A stretch of 64,000 nt of DNA from Candidatus Jorgensenbacteria bacterium GW2011_GWA1_48_11 (GTDB taxonomy: Bacteria > Patescibacteriota > Minisyncoccia > UBA6257 > GWB1-50-10). Positions within the stretch are counted from its first letter, which is position 1, and each line of letters begins with the position of its first letter. The translations under genes and the position numbers were made by a program. The notes under the pieces were generated by a model. It worked only from the letters and a program-made list of their open reading frames with translations. It ran no database searches and was not told the origin of the DNA. The stretch lies in the NCBI GenBank assembly GCA_001003475.1, contig LCPF01000001.1, forward strand, positions 234,571 to 298,570. Reading direction: 5' to 3'. Shown in pieces: positions 47,345 to 55,504 of the stretch.

Positions 47345-47785
47345 TTAGTAGTGTTTAATAGTGATTATTGGCGTACAGGCTTTTATAAATTCTTCTAGAG
47401 TTGATTCCATAACTCCCCCTTGCTCTATAATCGGTTTTTCGTTTGTTCTTTTGGAAGCGGCGTGGATGATTGCGTCGTTGCCGACATAAACGCCGACATG
47501 GCCGATGCCTTGCGGAAAACGGGGATTGTAATGGCCGTGCGTGCCGTGGGCGAAAATAAGGTCACCGACCTCCAGATTTTCCAAGTTCGTTTCTCGGCCT
47601 TCGGCCGCTTGCTCGATCGTGCTTCGTGGGATGGCGATCCCTATTTGCTTCAAAATATATTGCGTGAATGAAGAGCAGTCAAAAAAATCCGGCGCCTCCT
47701 CCTCCTTGGCGCCATATTTGTAGGGTTTACCGATCAGGCTTTTGGCCAAAGCCACGATTTTTTCTTTTTGTGTTTCGGTCGTCAT
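47345..47785 (-). CDS. NlpC/P60 (C40) family cell-wall peptidase
   Basis: Catalytic Cys in FDCSSF and His in GHVGVYVG. Confidence 0.75.
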   Translation of the reverse strand: MTTETQKEKIVALAKSLIGKPYKYGAKEEEAPDFFDCSSFTQYILKQIGIAIPRSTIEQAAEGRETNLENLEVGDLIFAHGTHGHYNPRFPQGIGHVGVYVGNDAIIHAASKRTNEKPIIEQGGVMESTLEEFIKACTPIITIKHY

Positions 47786-47789
47786 TCTG

Positions 47790-47861
47790 TGCCGGCAGCA
47801 GGGATTGAACCTGCGACCTAGGGCTTATGAGTCCCTCGCTCTGCCACTGAGCTATGCCGGC
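47790..47861 (-). tRNA. tRNA with anticodon CAT (elongator Met or lysidine-modified Ile2; not initiator, since 1:72 is G-C)
   Basis: Acceptor GCCGGCA/TGCCGGC, anticodon loop CTCATAA, T-loop TTCAATC; A31·G39 mismatch. Confidence 0.7.
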
Positions 47862-48013
47862 AAAATATTGTTGCGGGAATTGGAACTGCCCCAACTTAAA
47901 CAAGGTTATGAGCCTTGCGAGATACTAATACCTCCCTCCCGCACCATTAAGATATAACGATTTTCCAAATTTGGCAAATTTGGATATAATGGATTTAAAA
48001 TAAACCTTGATTT

Positions 48014-49165
48014 ATGGCGGGATTGAATGAAAGAAAGACGATAGAAGATCCGGCGGTCCGGGCCGTGCTTGATCGCTTGGAAAAAAAAGAAGACATCAAA
48101 AGCTTGCGCATTAAGCGGCTTTTGGCCGCGCCCGACCTCACTCGAACCGCAGGCTCGCCCTTGAAGATGATCATTGATGCGATTATCGCGATGCCGCGTT
48201 TCCGTGATTTTGACCTTCTCCAAGTGCCGGAAATCGTGAGCGTCAAGAATAATTTTGATCTGTTGAATACGCCCTTGGACCACCCGAGTCGGCGGGAAAC
48301 GGATACTTATTATCCGGAAAAAGAATGGGTTTTGCGGACGCATACGACCGTGATGTGGCCCTATCATTTGTCGGATGAAGTCAGGAATAAATTGGAAGAA
48401 AAAAACGAAGTCGGCGCTCTTTGCTACGGCAAGGTTTACCGAAAGGATGAGATCGACCGTTCCCATTATCCCGTTTTCCATCAGATTGACGGCTGGTATC
48501 TTTGTCGCAAGGACAAAAAAATAATCGGCATCCCGGAGCTCGAGGAGGTCTTGCTCGATATCGCGAAGAATATTTACGGGCCGGCGGTGAATTACAAATT
48601 TTCGGAAGACACTTTTCCGTTTACGGATCCGAGTATTGAAATGGCCATTGAATCGAACGGCAATTGGTTCGAAATTCTCGGCGCGGGCGTGGTTCATACC
48701 GAAGTTTTGAGAAAGTTGGGGATTGATCCGAACGTCTGGAACGGCTGGGCCTTCGGCTTCGGCCTGGAACGTCTCGTGATGGCCAAAATGAACGTCCCGG
48801 ACATCCGCATTTTCTGGTCCAAAGACCCGCGGATCACGAGCCAGTTCAGGAATTTAGAGAGCGTTTATCGCGAGGTGAGCAAATATCCGATGACCTACCG
48901 CGATATCTCGTTTGTCATCGGCAATGGCGTCGATTTGAAAAACTATTACGAGATGGTGAGGGATTGCGCTCAAGACTTGGTTGAAGAGGTGAAATTGCTC
49001 GATACCTATGAGAACGAAGAGAAGTTCGGCAGGGACAAAAAAAGTTACACCTTTCGCATTGTCTATCGCTCGCCGGAAAGAACGCTTACGAACGAAGAGG
49101 TGGACAAGATCCAAAAAGAAATAGAAACCCGCACGAAAGAAGAATTCGGCGCTGCGGTTCGGTAA
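48014..49165 (+). CDS. pheS: Phenylalanyl-tRNA synthetase alpha subunit
   Basis: Class II motifs, including …FPFTDPSIEMAI… and …GAGVVHTEVL…. No pheT follows; recG is next, on the opposite strand. Confidence 0.85.
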   Translation: MAGLNERKTIEDPAVRAVLDRLEKKEDIKSLRIKRLLAAPDLTRTAGSPLKMIIDAIIAMPRFRDFDLLQVPEIVSVKNNFDLLNTPLDHPSRRETDTYYPEKEWVLRTHTTVMWPYHLSDEVRNKLEEKNEVGALCYGKVYRKDEIDRSHYPVFHQIDGWYLCRKDKKIIGIPELEEVLLDIAKNIYGPAVNYKFSEDTFPFTDPSIEMAIESNGNWFEILGAGVVHTEVLRKLGIDPNVWNGWAFGFGLERLVMAKMNVPDIRIFWSKDPRITSQFRNLESVYREVSKYPMTYRDISFVIGNGVDLKNYYEMVRDCAQDLVEEVKLLDTYENEEKFGRDKKSYTFRIVYRSPERTLTNEEVDKIQKEIETRTKEEFGAAVR

Positions 49166-49235
49166 GTTTTTGAATTTTTAGATTTACCGTCATAACACGC
49201 GATCGCAAGTTATGTTGGTAATGTTTCTAAAATTT

Positions 49236-51350
49236 TCACTCCCAATGGACTTCTTTTTGGAATTGATTTAACCGTTCCGAAAGGCTCGGGTGGTTTTTGA
49301 GCGCCGGGTCGCTTTTGAGGATTTTGACCGCGGCTTCACGGGCGACTTTGACCAGTTCCGGATTTTGAATGGCGGTCATAGCGATGTCCGGCAGGCCTGT
49401 TTGGCTTTGGCCTAGGAATTCGCCCGGCCCCCGGAGTTTAAGGTCTTTTTCCGCCAATTCAAAGCCGTTTTTCGCTTCAACGATGGATTTTAGTCTCTCG
49501 CGGGTGGCGCTCGAAGCAGAATCGGTGAATAAAAAGCAAAAAGATTGATGTTCGCCCCGGCCGACGCGGCCGCGGAATTGATAAAGCTGGGCCAGGCCGA
49601 ACCTGTCTGCTCCCTCAATCATCATCACCGTGGCGTTCGGGATATCGATGCCGACCTCAACGACCGAAGTTGAAACCAGGATATCGGCCCGTTTCTCATA
49701 AAAATCCTTTATAACTTTTTCTTTTTCGGCTGGTTTCATTTTCCCGTGGAGCATGACGATTTTGAGATCGGGAAATATTTTTTTTGAAAGTTTTTCGTAT
49801 TCTTCCTTGACCGATTTCACTTCTAATTTCTGCCATTCGTTCCAATCATTACCTTCGCTCACTTCCTGTTTTTCGATCCGGGGGCAGATGACGAAGGCTT
49901 GGCGGTCGCGTTTGATCTGGCCGCGGATGAAAGAGTAGGCCTTGGCGCGGTCGGCGGCCGCGACCGCCCTCGTAATTATCGGCTTGCGGTTCTTGGGCAT
50001 TTCCGTAATGAGCGATATGTCGAGGTCGCCGAAGATCGTAAGGCTTAAGGTTCGGGGAATGGGCGTGGCTGACATCGAGAGAAAATGCGGCACCAGTTTC
50101 TTGTTTTTCGTGAGGTGGGCGCGCTGTTCTACGCCAAAACGGTGTTGTTCGTCCACGATGACCAGGGCCAGATTCTGAAAACCGATCTTTTTCTGGATCA
50201 GGGCATGGGTGCCGACCACGATCTTTACCCTGCCGGCCGCAATTTCTTTCACGAGTTTGGTTTTTTCTTTTCTGGCTTCCAAACCGGCGCCGTAAAAAAT
50301 CTTGGCGTCGTTTGCGGTTAAGAGCGCCAGGCCGCCTTCATGGGCCGGGAAAAATTGGGTCATGGTTTTAAAATGCTGTTGGGCCAGTATTTCCGTGGGA
50401 GCCATGAAAGCGCTTTGGCAATTGTCCTCGGCGGTTAAAATGGCCGCGATCGCGGCAATGATGGTTTTGCCCGAACCGACGTCGCCTTGAAGCAGCCGGT
50501 TCATGGGGTGGGTTTTACCGAGGTCCTGAACGATTTCCCAGAGAGATTTTTTTTGGGAAGGCATCAGTTCGAAGGGCAGGGCGGCGAGCAATTTCTTGAT
50601 GTCTTTGATCCCGGTTTTCACGGCCGTGGTTTTTTCCCGGGCCAGCCTCAATTTTTGCTTGAGGTTCTGCATTTGGAGCAGGAATATGTCCTCGAAAGCG
50701 AAACGTTTCTTGGCAGCCAAGGCGTCCTCGAGGCTGTTCGGGAAATGGATGTCGCGGATGGCCCGGTTTATTTCCGGCAATTTCTGGCCCTGGAGGATTT
50801 CTTTCGGGACGATTTCGTCGATTTTTTCGATTTGGTCAATAATCGGTTTCACGAGGTAGCGCAAGCCCTTCGAGGTCAGGCCTTTGGTTTCCGGGTAAAC
50901 CGGCACGATTCGGCCGGTATGTCTGGTTTCGCGATAGGGATCGCTTACCAGTTCATAGACCGGATTTGAAAGATAGATTTCTTCGCTATTGGCGACGACC
51001 TTGCCGGAAAAGTTGGCAATCCGGCCTGGCCGCAGAACATTCTTGATGTAGGGCTGGTTGAACCAGACGATCCGGATCGAGCCGGAATCGTCCGAGACCA
51101 AGGCTTCAACCAGGAACAGGTGGCGGCGCCAGGTGCGCCGGCCGCCGATTTCCTTGATTTCGCCCTGGATCGTCGCTTCCTGGTTGGGCTCAAGATCGGC
51201 GATCCGGTAGATTTGGGAAAAATCCTCGTAGCGGGTCGGGAAGTGGTAAAGGATTTCCCGGACCGTTTCGATTTTCAGTTTCTTGAGTTTGGTTAAAAAT
51301 TTGAGGCCGATGCCGTGGACCTCGGCGAGCGGTGTGGCTGGTTCCAACAT
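49236..51350 (-). CDS. recG: ATP-dependent DNA helicase RecG
   Basis: Wedge domain plus SF2 helicase motifs (GDVGSGKT, DEQHRFG) and a C-terminal domain; 704 aa. Confidence 0.9.
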   Translation of the reverse strand: MLEPATPLAEVHGIGLKFLTKLKKLKIETVREILYHFPTRYEDFSQIYRIADLEPNQEATIQGEIKEIGGRRTWRRHLFLVEALVSDDSGSIRIVWFNQPYIKNVLRPGRIANFSGKVVANSEEIYLSNPVYELVSDPYRETRHTGRIVPVYPETKGLTSKGLRYLVKPIIDQIEKIDEIVPKEILQGQKLPEINRAIRDIHFPNSLEDALAAKKRFAFEDIFLLQMQNLKQKLRLAREKTTAVKTGIKDIKKLLAALPFELMPSQKKSLWEIVQDLGKTHPMNRLLQGDVGSGKTIIAAIAAILTAEDNCQSAFMAPTEILAQQHFKTMTQFFPAHEGGLALLTANDAKIFYGAGLEARKEKTKLVKEIAAGRVKIVVGTHALIQKKIGFQNLALVIVDEQHRFGVEQRAHLTKNKKLVPHFLSMSATPIPRTLSLTIFGDLDISLITEMPKNRKPIITRAVAAADRAKAYSFIRGQIKRDRQAFVICPRIEKQEVSEGNDWNEWQKLEVKSVKEEYEKLSKKIFPDLKIVMLHGKMKPAEKEKVIKDFYEKRADILVSTSVVEVGIDIPNATVMMIEGADRFGLAQLYQFRGRVGRGEHQSFCFLFTDSASSATRERLKSIVEAKNGFELAEKDLKLRGPGEFLGQSQTGLPDIAMTAIQNPELVKVAREAAVKILKSDPALKNHPSLSERLNQFQKEVHWE

Positions 51351-51387
51351 GCCGCCTATTTTAGCATATTTTCCGGCGATCGGGAAT

Positions 51388-52251
51388 CTAAACGCCGAAA
51401 CTTTTTCGCCAGCGTTGGATATAGTCTTGAATGCTGAAAAAAACCGGGTCGGTCTTCAATTCGTCGTCACTGATTTCTTTGCGGAAAGCGGCCTTGCCAG
51501 CTAAAATCGCTTTAACGATTTCCAGAGCCTCCCGATATCTGTTGGCTACGTCTGTTTTGCCGTTTTTGAGAGCGTACGCTTTAAAGGCTTCCAGCTGAAT
51601 TTTGATTTCCTCAAGGATCATGAATTGGATTTTGTGTCTGGCTAGCTCTTTATTGTCGCGTTCCATCCAAACAGGAATTAATTCTTGGATGGTCTTGCGG
51701 CTGGCGCCGATAATGACAGCTGGTACGTTTCTTAATTCGCCGCGGATATGCAAACGTTCCGATGAAAAATATTTGATTCGCGGCAGGCGGCCAGCCTTGA
51801 TCTGATCCGTAATCCTGCCGAATTTTTTTGAAGTGTCGGCGGTGAAAGTGACGTCTATGCCCAAACCCAAATGGGTCGCTTCCTGCGGTTTTTCGAATTC
51901 AACTATGGCGTCAATGCCGTTTTCGTAATCGTCATAGCGAGAAGTTTTCCTCGTGAAAGCATTGGGTCCAAACCAGTCATTTAATTCGCCCTGCTCAATG
52001 ACAATTGCTTCGAAGACGTCGGCTAGCATTTTCATTTCCCGGGATTCCGGTGCCTGATTGGCCCGAAAACCGGCCTCCCGTGAGTTCGCGTTATCGATAT
52101 CGTGCTTGATCCTTGCCGCGTCATAAAGATCGGTAAAATCAGTTTCTCTGATGGCGGCCGCGGCGAGAACGCCTCGCGCTTTTTTGAGGGCGATTTCTAG
52201 GTCGGCACGTTCCAATGCGTCTTCAAATGGTTGTTCGTAAGGATGGCTCAT
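51388..52251 (-). CDS. Hypothetical protein (about 286 aa)
   Basis: Start taken at MSHPYEQ (52251), because the longer ORF would overlap tRNA-Lys. No recognisable motif. Confidence 0.45.
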   Translation of the reverse strand: MSHPYEQPFEDALERADLEIALKKARGVLAAAAIRETDFTDLYDAARIKHDIDNANSREAGFRANQAPESREMKMLADVFEAIVIEQGELNDWFGPNAFTRKTSRYDDYENGIDAIVEFEKPQEATHLGLGIDVTFTADTSKKFGRITDQIKAGRLPRIKYFSSERLHIRGELRNVPAVIIGASRKTIQELIPVWMERDNKELARHKIQFMILEEIKIQLEAFKAYALKNGKTDVANRYREALEIVKAILAGKAAFRKEISDDELKTDPVFFSIQDYIQRWRKSFGV

Positions 52252-52259
52252 GGTTTTAG

Positions 52260-52330
52260 TCCCCCCACTAGGAATCGAACCTAGATACACGGTTTAAGAG
52301 ACCGGTGCTTTACCATTAAGCTATGAGGGG
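52260..52330 (-). tRNA. tRNA-Lys (anticodon CTT); unusual C1-G72 start
   Basis: Acceptor CCCCTCA/TGGGGGG, D-arm GCTT…AAGC, anticodon loop CTCTTAA with a C27·U43 mismatch, T-loop TTCGATT. Confidence 0.65.
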
Positions 52331-52332
52331 AT

Positions 52333-53067
52333 TTATAAATTTACTGGAGGTCTTTGCGTAACTGTTAAACCTGACCATTTTCTCTGTTTTGATTTTATTT
52401 TAGGAACGATATCTTGTAAAGCCGCTTTTATCCATCCAAAAATTCTATGTTTCATATCAGTCCCTTTGGGTACGCGCACTTTTATGGTTCCGTAATATAA
52501 ATTATTTTTCTTATAACCTTTATTAGGAGGTTTTATAAAGCTTTTGCCGAATCTATTTAACGGTATTCCTGTAATATCAGACCAAAATCTTTTGATTTGT
52601 ATTTCATTCTGTTGCGGATAAATATTCAGATGAGCTTTCATTGTTTTGGGTGAAACGTGAAAAATATCTTCAAACCATTTAGTCGCGAAGGCAATGAGGC
52701 CGGGATCGGAATTTGTGATTTCGAAGTTTTTTGTCTTGCTTCCTTCGGCCCAGTATAAGGCAGCGCCGAAAAGTTTATAAGTTTCGTGCGACAGGGGGGT
52801 TTTAATTTCTTTTATTGCTTTTTCAATTATTTCTTCGATTTCCCGTTCTCTCCTTTCTTTTTGGCTTTTTGGCCCTTTCGTAAGTATTTGAATTTGCTTG
52901 GTGTAGAGTCGTTGGTGATGCTCTGGTTTCAAGGGTATTTCCTTAAGCCAGAGACTTAAAGTACTTTTAGCAATGGAGTTTTTAAGTTGTTTCCTGATTT
53001 CGTTATAACTCAAGCCTTTTTTGCGGAGGAGGACCGCATTAATTCTAAGCGATGGATCGCTTTTCAT
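52333..53067 (-). CDS. LAGLIDADG-type homing-endonuclease-like protein with an N-terminal HTH; low GC (about 38%)
   Basis: N-terminal …KGLSYNEIRKQL…STLSLWLK… (HTH). The central LFGAALYWAEGSK matches the LAGLIDADG (LxGxxDGDGS-like) helix, followed by the beta-strand pattern of that fold. A strong SD AGGAGGT lies 6 nt upstream. The gene directly abuts a truncated tRNA. Confidence 0.55.
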   Translation of the reverse strand: MKSDPSLRINAVLLRKKGLSYNEIRKQLKNSIAKSTLSLWLKEIPLKPEHHQRLYTKQIQILTKGPKSQKERREREIEEIIEKAIKEIKTPLSHETYKLFGAALYWAEGSKTKNFEITNSDPGLIAFATKWFEDIFHVSPKTMKAHLNIYPQQNEIQIKRFWSDITGIPLNRFGKSFIKPPNKGYKKNNLYYGTIKVRVPKGTDMKHRIFGWIKAALQDIVPKIKSKQRKWSGLTVTQRPPVNL

Positions 53068-53088
53068 ACCTCCAATTGTATCATATAT

Positions 53089-53121
53089 GGCAACTGCTCT
53101 ACCAGTTGAGCTATGGGCGGC
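53089..53121 (-). pseudogene. Truncated tRNA: 5' half only (acceptor strand, D-arm and 5' anticodon stem; Lys-TTT-like), broken in the anticodon loop
   Basis: Minus-strand GCCGCCCATAGCTCAACTGGTAGAGCAGTTGCC has a perfect D-arm (GCTC/GAGC with AACTGGTA loop) and resembles bacterial tRNA-Lys up to position about 32. It then runs straight into the SD and ATG of the LAGLIDADG-like gene. No matching 3' half was found nearby. Confidence 0.5.
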
Positions 53122-53236
53122 TTTTATGATTCCTATTCTACCTGATTGATTTTTATTTTTGAAGCTTTAGAATATTTGGCAGTCCCCAATGTTCGCGGTT
53201 TCCGCTAGACGCATCCCTTCAGAACGGGGAGGAGAG

Positions 53237-53419
53237 ATGATTTGCAATTACGGCCGTCACCCGCATTACGGCGAGGAATCGGGGAGGTGTTCGGGGCATC
53301 CCGAGGAAGAACTGGTTTGCGGACCGGCAGTCCACGCCGTCTGCCTCAAGTGTCATCCCCGAATGGCCGAAGAGTGCCCCAACTGCCGCAAGCCCGCTTA
53401 TATTTGTCCTTGCCCATGA
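53237..53419 (+). CDS. Cys/His-rich 60-aa miniprotein (putative zinc-ribbon); GC-rich
   Basis: MICNYGRHPHYGEESGRCSGHPEEELVCGPAVHAVCLKCHPRMAEECPNCRKPAYICPCP: 9 Cys arranged in CxxC-like pairs, with GGAGG 5 nt upstream. The local GC content is well above the flanks. Confidence 0.35.
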   Translation: MICNYGRHPHYGEESGRCSGHPEEELVCGPAVHAVCLKCHPRMAEECPNCRKPAYICPCP

Positions 53420-53517
53420 GCGGCGGTGCCCAAAGCACCGCCGCGTCCATTTTTGTTTGGCGCCAACCCGCCGTTTACCGGAAGATTAAAAACCGATTTT
53501 GTTATAATTAAGTCAAG

Positions 53518-53805
53518 ATGGCGGCAATCGGCGAACCTTCGCAATCCCAGAAAAAAACGGTCATAACCATCGCCTTGGCGATTTTGGTAGTGGTTTTAAT
53601 AGCCGTCGTTTATTGGCGGTTCGGGCTCAAGAGCGCGGCGACGCCGGCGGAACAGGCGGCCGATTCTTTCCAAAAAGCGGTTGATTCCGCCGCCGGTATC
53701 CTGCCGGAAATAGATCCCGCTTCCAATCCCTTGGAGCAAATGCCGGACATAAACGCGGTTGAAAGATCTAATCCTTTCACGGATATCAAAATCAATCCAT
53801 TTTAG
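53518..53805 (+). CDS. Small membrane protein (95 aa) ending …IKINPF
   Basis: One TM helix; its C-terminus resembles that of the 34585..34875 protein. Confidence 0.4.
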   Translation: MAAIGEPSQSQKKTVITIALAILVVVLIAVVYWRFGLKSAATPAEQAADSFQKAVDSAAGILPEIDPASNPLEQMPDINAVERSNPFTDIKINPF

Positions 53806-53813
53806 CGGGAATC

Positions 53814-55355
53814 ATGAGGACAAAATATTTGCTTAGCGGGATTATTTTAAGCGCGGGTATCGTTACTGCCGTTTTTTTGATAACGAATGTTTTTGCCCAG
53901 ACCGCGTCCGCGCCGGCGGGCAATACCGCGAACGTCCAATTTCCCGTGCCGGAGTTGGGCAATTGCCGGAGCGAAACAGATTGCCGTTCTTTTTGCGATA
54001 AACCGGAAAACAGTCAGGCTTGTCTGAGTTTCGCGGAGAAAAACAATTTGATGTCGGCGGAAGAAATTGCCGCCGCCAAAAAGTTTTTGGCAGTCGGCAA
54101 GGGCCCGGGCGGCTGCACCACCAAAGATTCTTGTGAGAATTATTGCAACAGCACGGATCATATTAATGAATGCGTGGCTTTTGCGGAGAAAACCGGCATT
54201 TTGCCGCCGCAAGATCTAGCTGAAGCGAAGAAGGTTCAAGCGGCCTTGGCGCGGGGCCTTACGCCGCCCGGCAACTGCAAGAGCAAGCAGGATTGTGACA
54301 ATTATTGTTCGGATCCCGGCCATATGGAAGAATGCGTTACTTTTGCGGAAAAAGCCGGCTTCATGCCGGAGAATGAAATAGCTGAAGCCCATAAAGTTTT
54401 GGCGGCGATCAAAAAAGGCGCGAAGCCGCCGCCCTGCCGCGGCAAGGCGGAATGCGACGCTTATTGCGCCGAGCCGGTCAATTTCGAGCAGTGCATCTCC
54501 TTTGCCGAAGCGGCCGGATTCATGACGCCGGACGAGGCAGTGATGGCGCGGAAGACCGGCGGCAAGGGCCCGGGGGATTGTAAAAGCAAAGAACAATGCG
54601 AAGTGTTTTGCGAGGATCCGGCCAATCAGGAAATTTGTTTCAATTTCGCTAAAGAGCACGGCCTGATTTCTCAAGCCGACCTCCAAAAAATGGAAGAAGG
54701 TCGGGGGCAGATGATGCGGGGGTTTACCCAAGCGCCACCCGAAGTAATGGAGTGTCTTACGGGCGCTCTTGGCAGTGAAACAATCGAAAAGTTGAAAACC
54801 GGCACGGCAATGCCGAGCCGCGATATAGGAGATAAAATGCGCGAATGTTTTGAAAGAATTGGGCCGCCCGGTTTTGAGGGCGGAGGAGCGCCAGGGGGAT
54901 TTAGCGGTCCGGGCGGTTGCAGCTCGCCTGAAGAATGCATGAAATTCTGTGAGAGCAATCCCGAAGCCTGCCAAAATTTCAAGCCGTCGTCCATCATGCC
55001 GCCCGTTAATTTTGAACCCAATAATCAGCCGCCGGGCGATTTCAGGCCGCCGGAAAACATGCAGCCGCTAGAAGGCGGCACGCCTAGCGGGCCGATGCCG
55101 GGCATGATGTCGCCGCAGGGCTTATTGCCAGGTCAGGAATTTAATCCGCTACAAACCTTCTCGCCGGGTAGTATGCCGCCACCCGGCTCATTGGGAGGCG
55201 CTGACATAATGCAGCCGCCGTCAGCGGAACAAATCCAACAAATGATGCAGCAGGGAATCCAGCAATTCCAGCAAATGGCGCCGCCGCCGGAATCGGCGCC
55301 GCCGCCCAGCGGAGGAAATCTTTGGCAGGCCGTTAAGGACTTTTTTAGCCGATAA
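53814..55355 (+). CDS. Secreted protein made of six tandem four-cysteine repeats of about 45 aa, plus a Pro/Gln/Met-rich low-complexity tail
   Basis: Signal peptide, then repeats of the form G(N/G/D)C(K/R)S(K/E)x(D/E)CxxYCxxPxxxxxC(V/I)xFAEKxG(F/I)(M/L)xxxExxEAxKVxAAxxxG, repeated six times with the last copy partial. The Cys spacing is C-x5/6-C-x3-C-x8/9-C. A C-terminal segment of about 130 aa is rich in P/Q/M/G. Confidence 0.7.
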   Translation: MRTKYLLSGIILSAGIVTAVFLITNVFAQTASAPAGNTANVQFPVPELGNCRSETDCRSFCDKPENSQACLSFAEKNNLMSAEEIAAAKKFLAVGKGPGGCTTKDSCENYCNSTDHINECVAFAEKTGILPPQDLAEAKKVQAALARGLTPPGNCKSKQDCDNYCSDPGHMEECVTFAEKAGFMPENEIAEAHKVLAAIKKGAKPPPCRGKAECDAYCAEPVNFEQCISFAEAAGFMTPDEAVMARKTGGKGPGDCKSKEQCEVFCEDPANQEICFNFAKEHGLISQADLQKMEEGRGQMMRGFTQAPPEVMECLTGALGSETIEKLKTGTAMPSRDIGDKMRECFERIGPPGFEGGGAPGGFSGPGGCSSPEECMKFCESNPEACQNFKPSSIMPPVNFEPNNQPPGDFRPPENMQPLEGGTPSGPMPGMMSPQGLLPGQEFNPLQTFSPGSMPPPGSLGGADIMQPPSAEQIQQMMQQGIQQFQQMAPPPESAPPPSGGNLWQAVKDFFSR

Positions 55356-55389
55356 ATCAACCCGCCTCAGCCGGGTTGGTTTGTTGTTG

Positions 55390-55461
55390 TGCCCCCGCCA
55401 GGAATTGAACCTGGATTTCATGGTTCGAAGCCATGCGTGATATCCGTTTCACTACAGGGGC
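55390..55461 (-). tRNA. tRNA-Arg (anticodon TCG)
   Basis: Acceptor GCCCCTG/CGGGGGC, D-arm GTGA…TCAC, anticodon stem CATGG/CCATG with loop CTTCGAA, T-loop TTCAATT. Confidence 0.7.
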
Positions 55462-55504
55462 GCTTTATATTTTTTCGTTTCCAAAGTTCAGTGTACAATT
55501 AGAA

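Noticed and set aside
51388-52290. The longer start (52290) for the hypothetical protein and the longer start (55433) for cca
   Set aside because: Both longer ORFs would overlap complete tRNA genes (Lys 52260-52330; Arg 55390-55461). Internal Met codons (52251; 55505) give the conserved N-termini.
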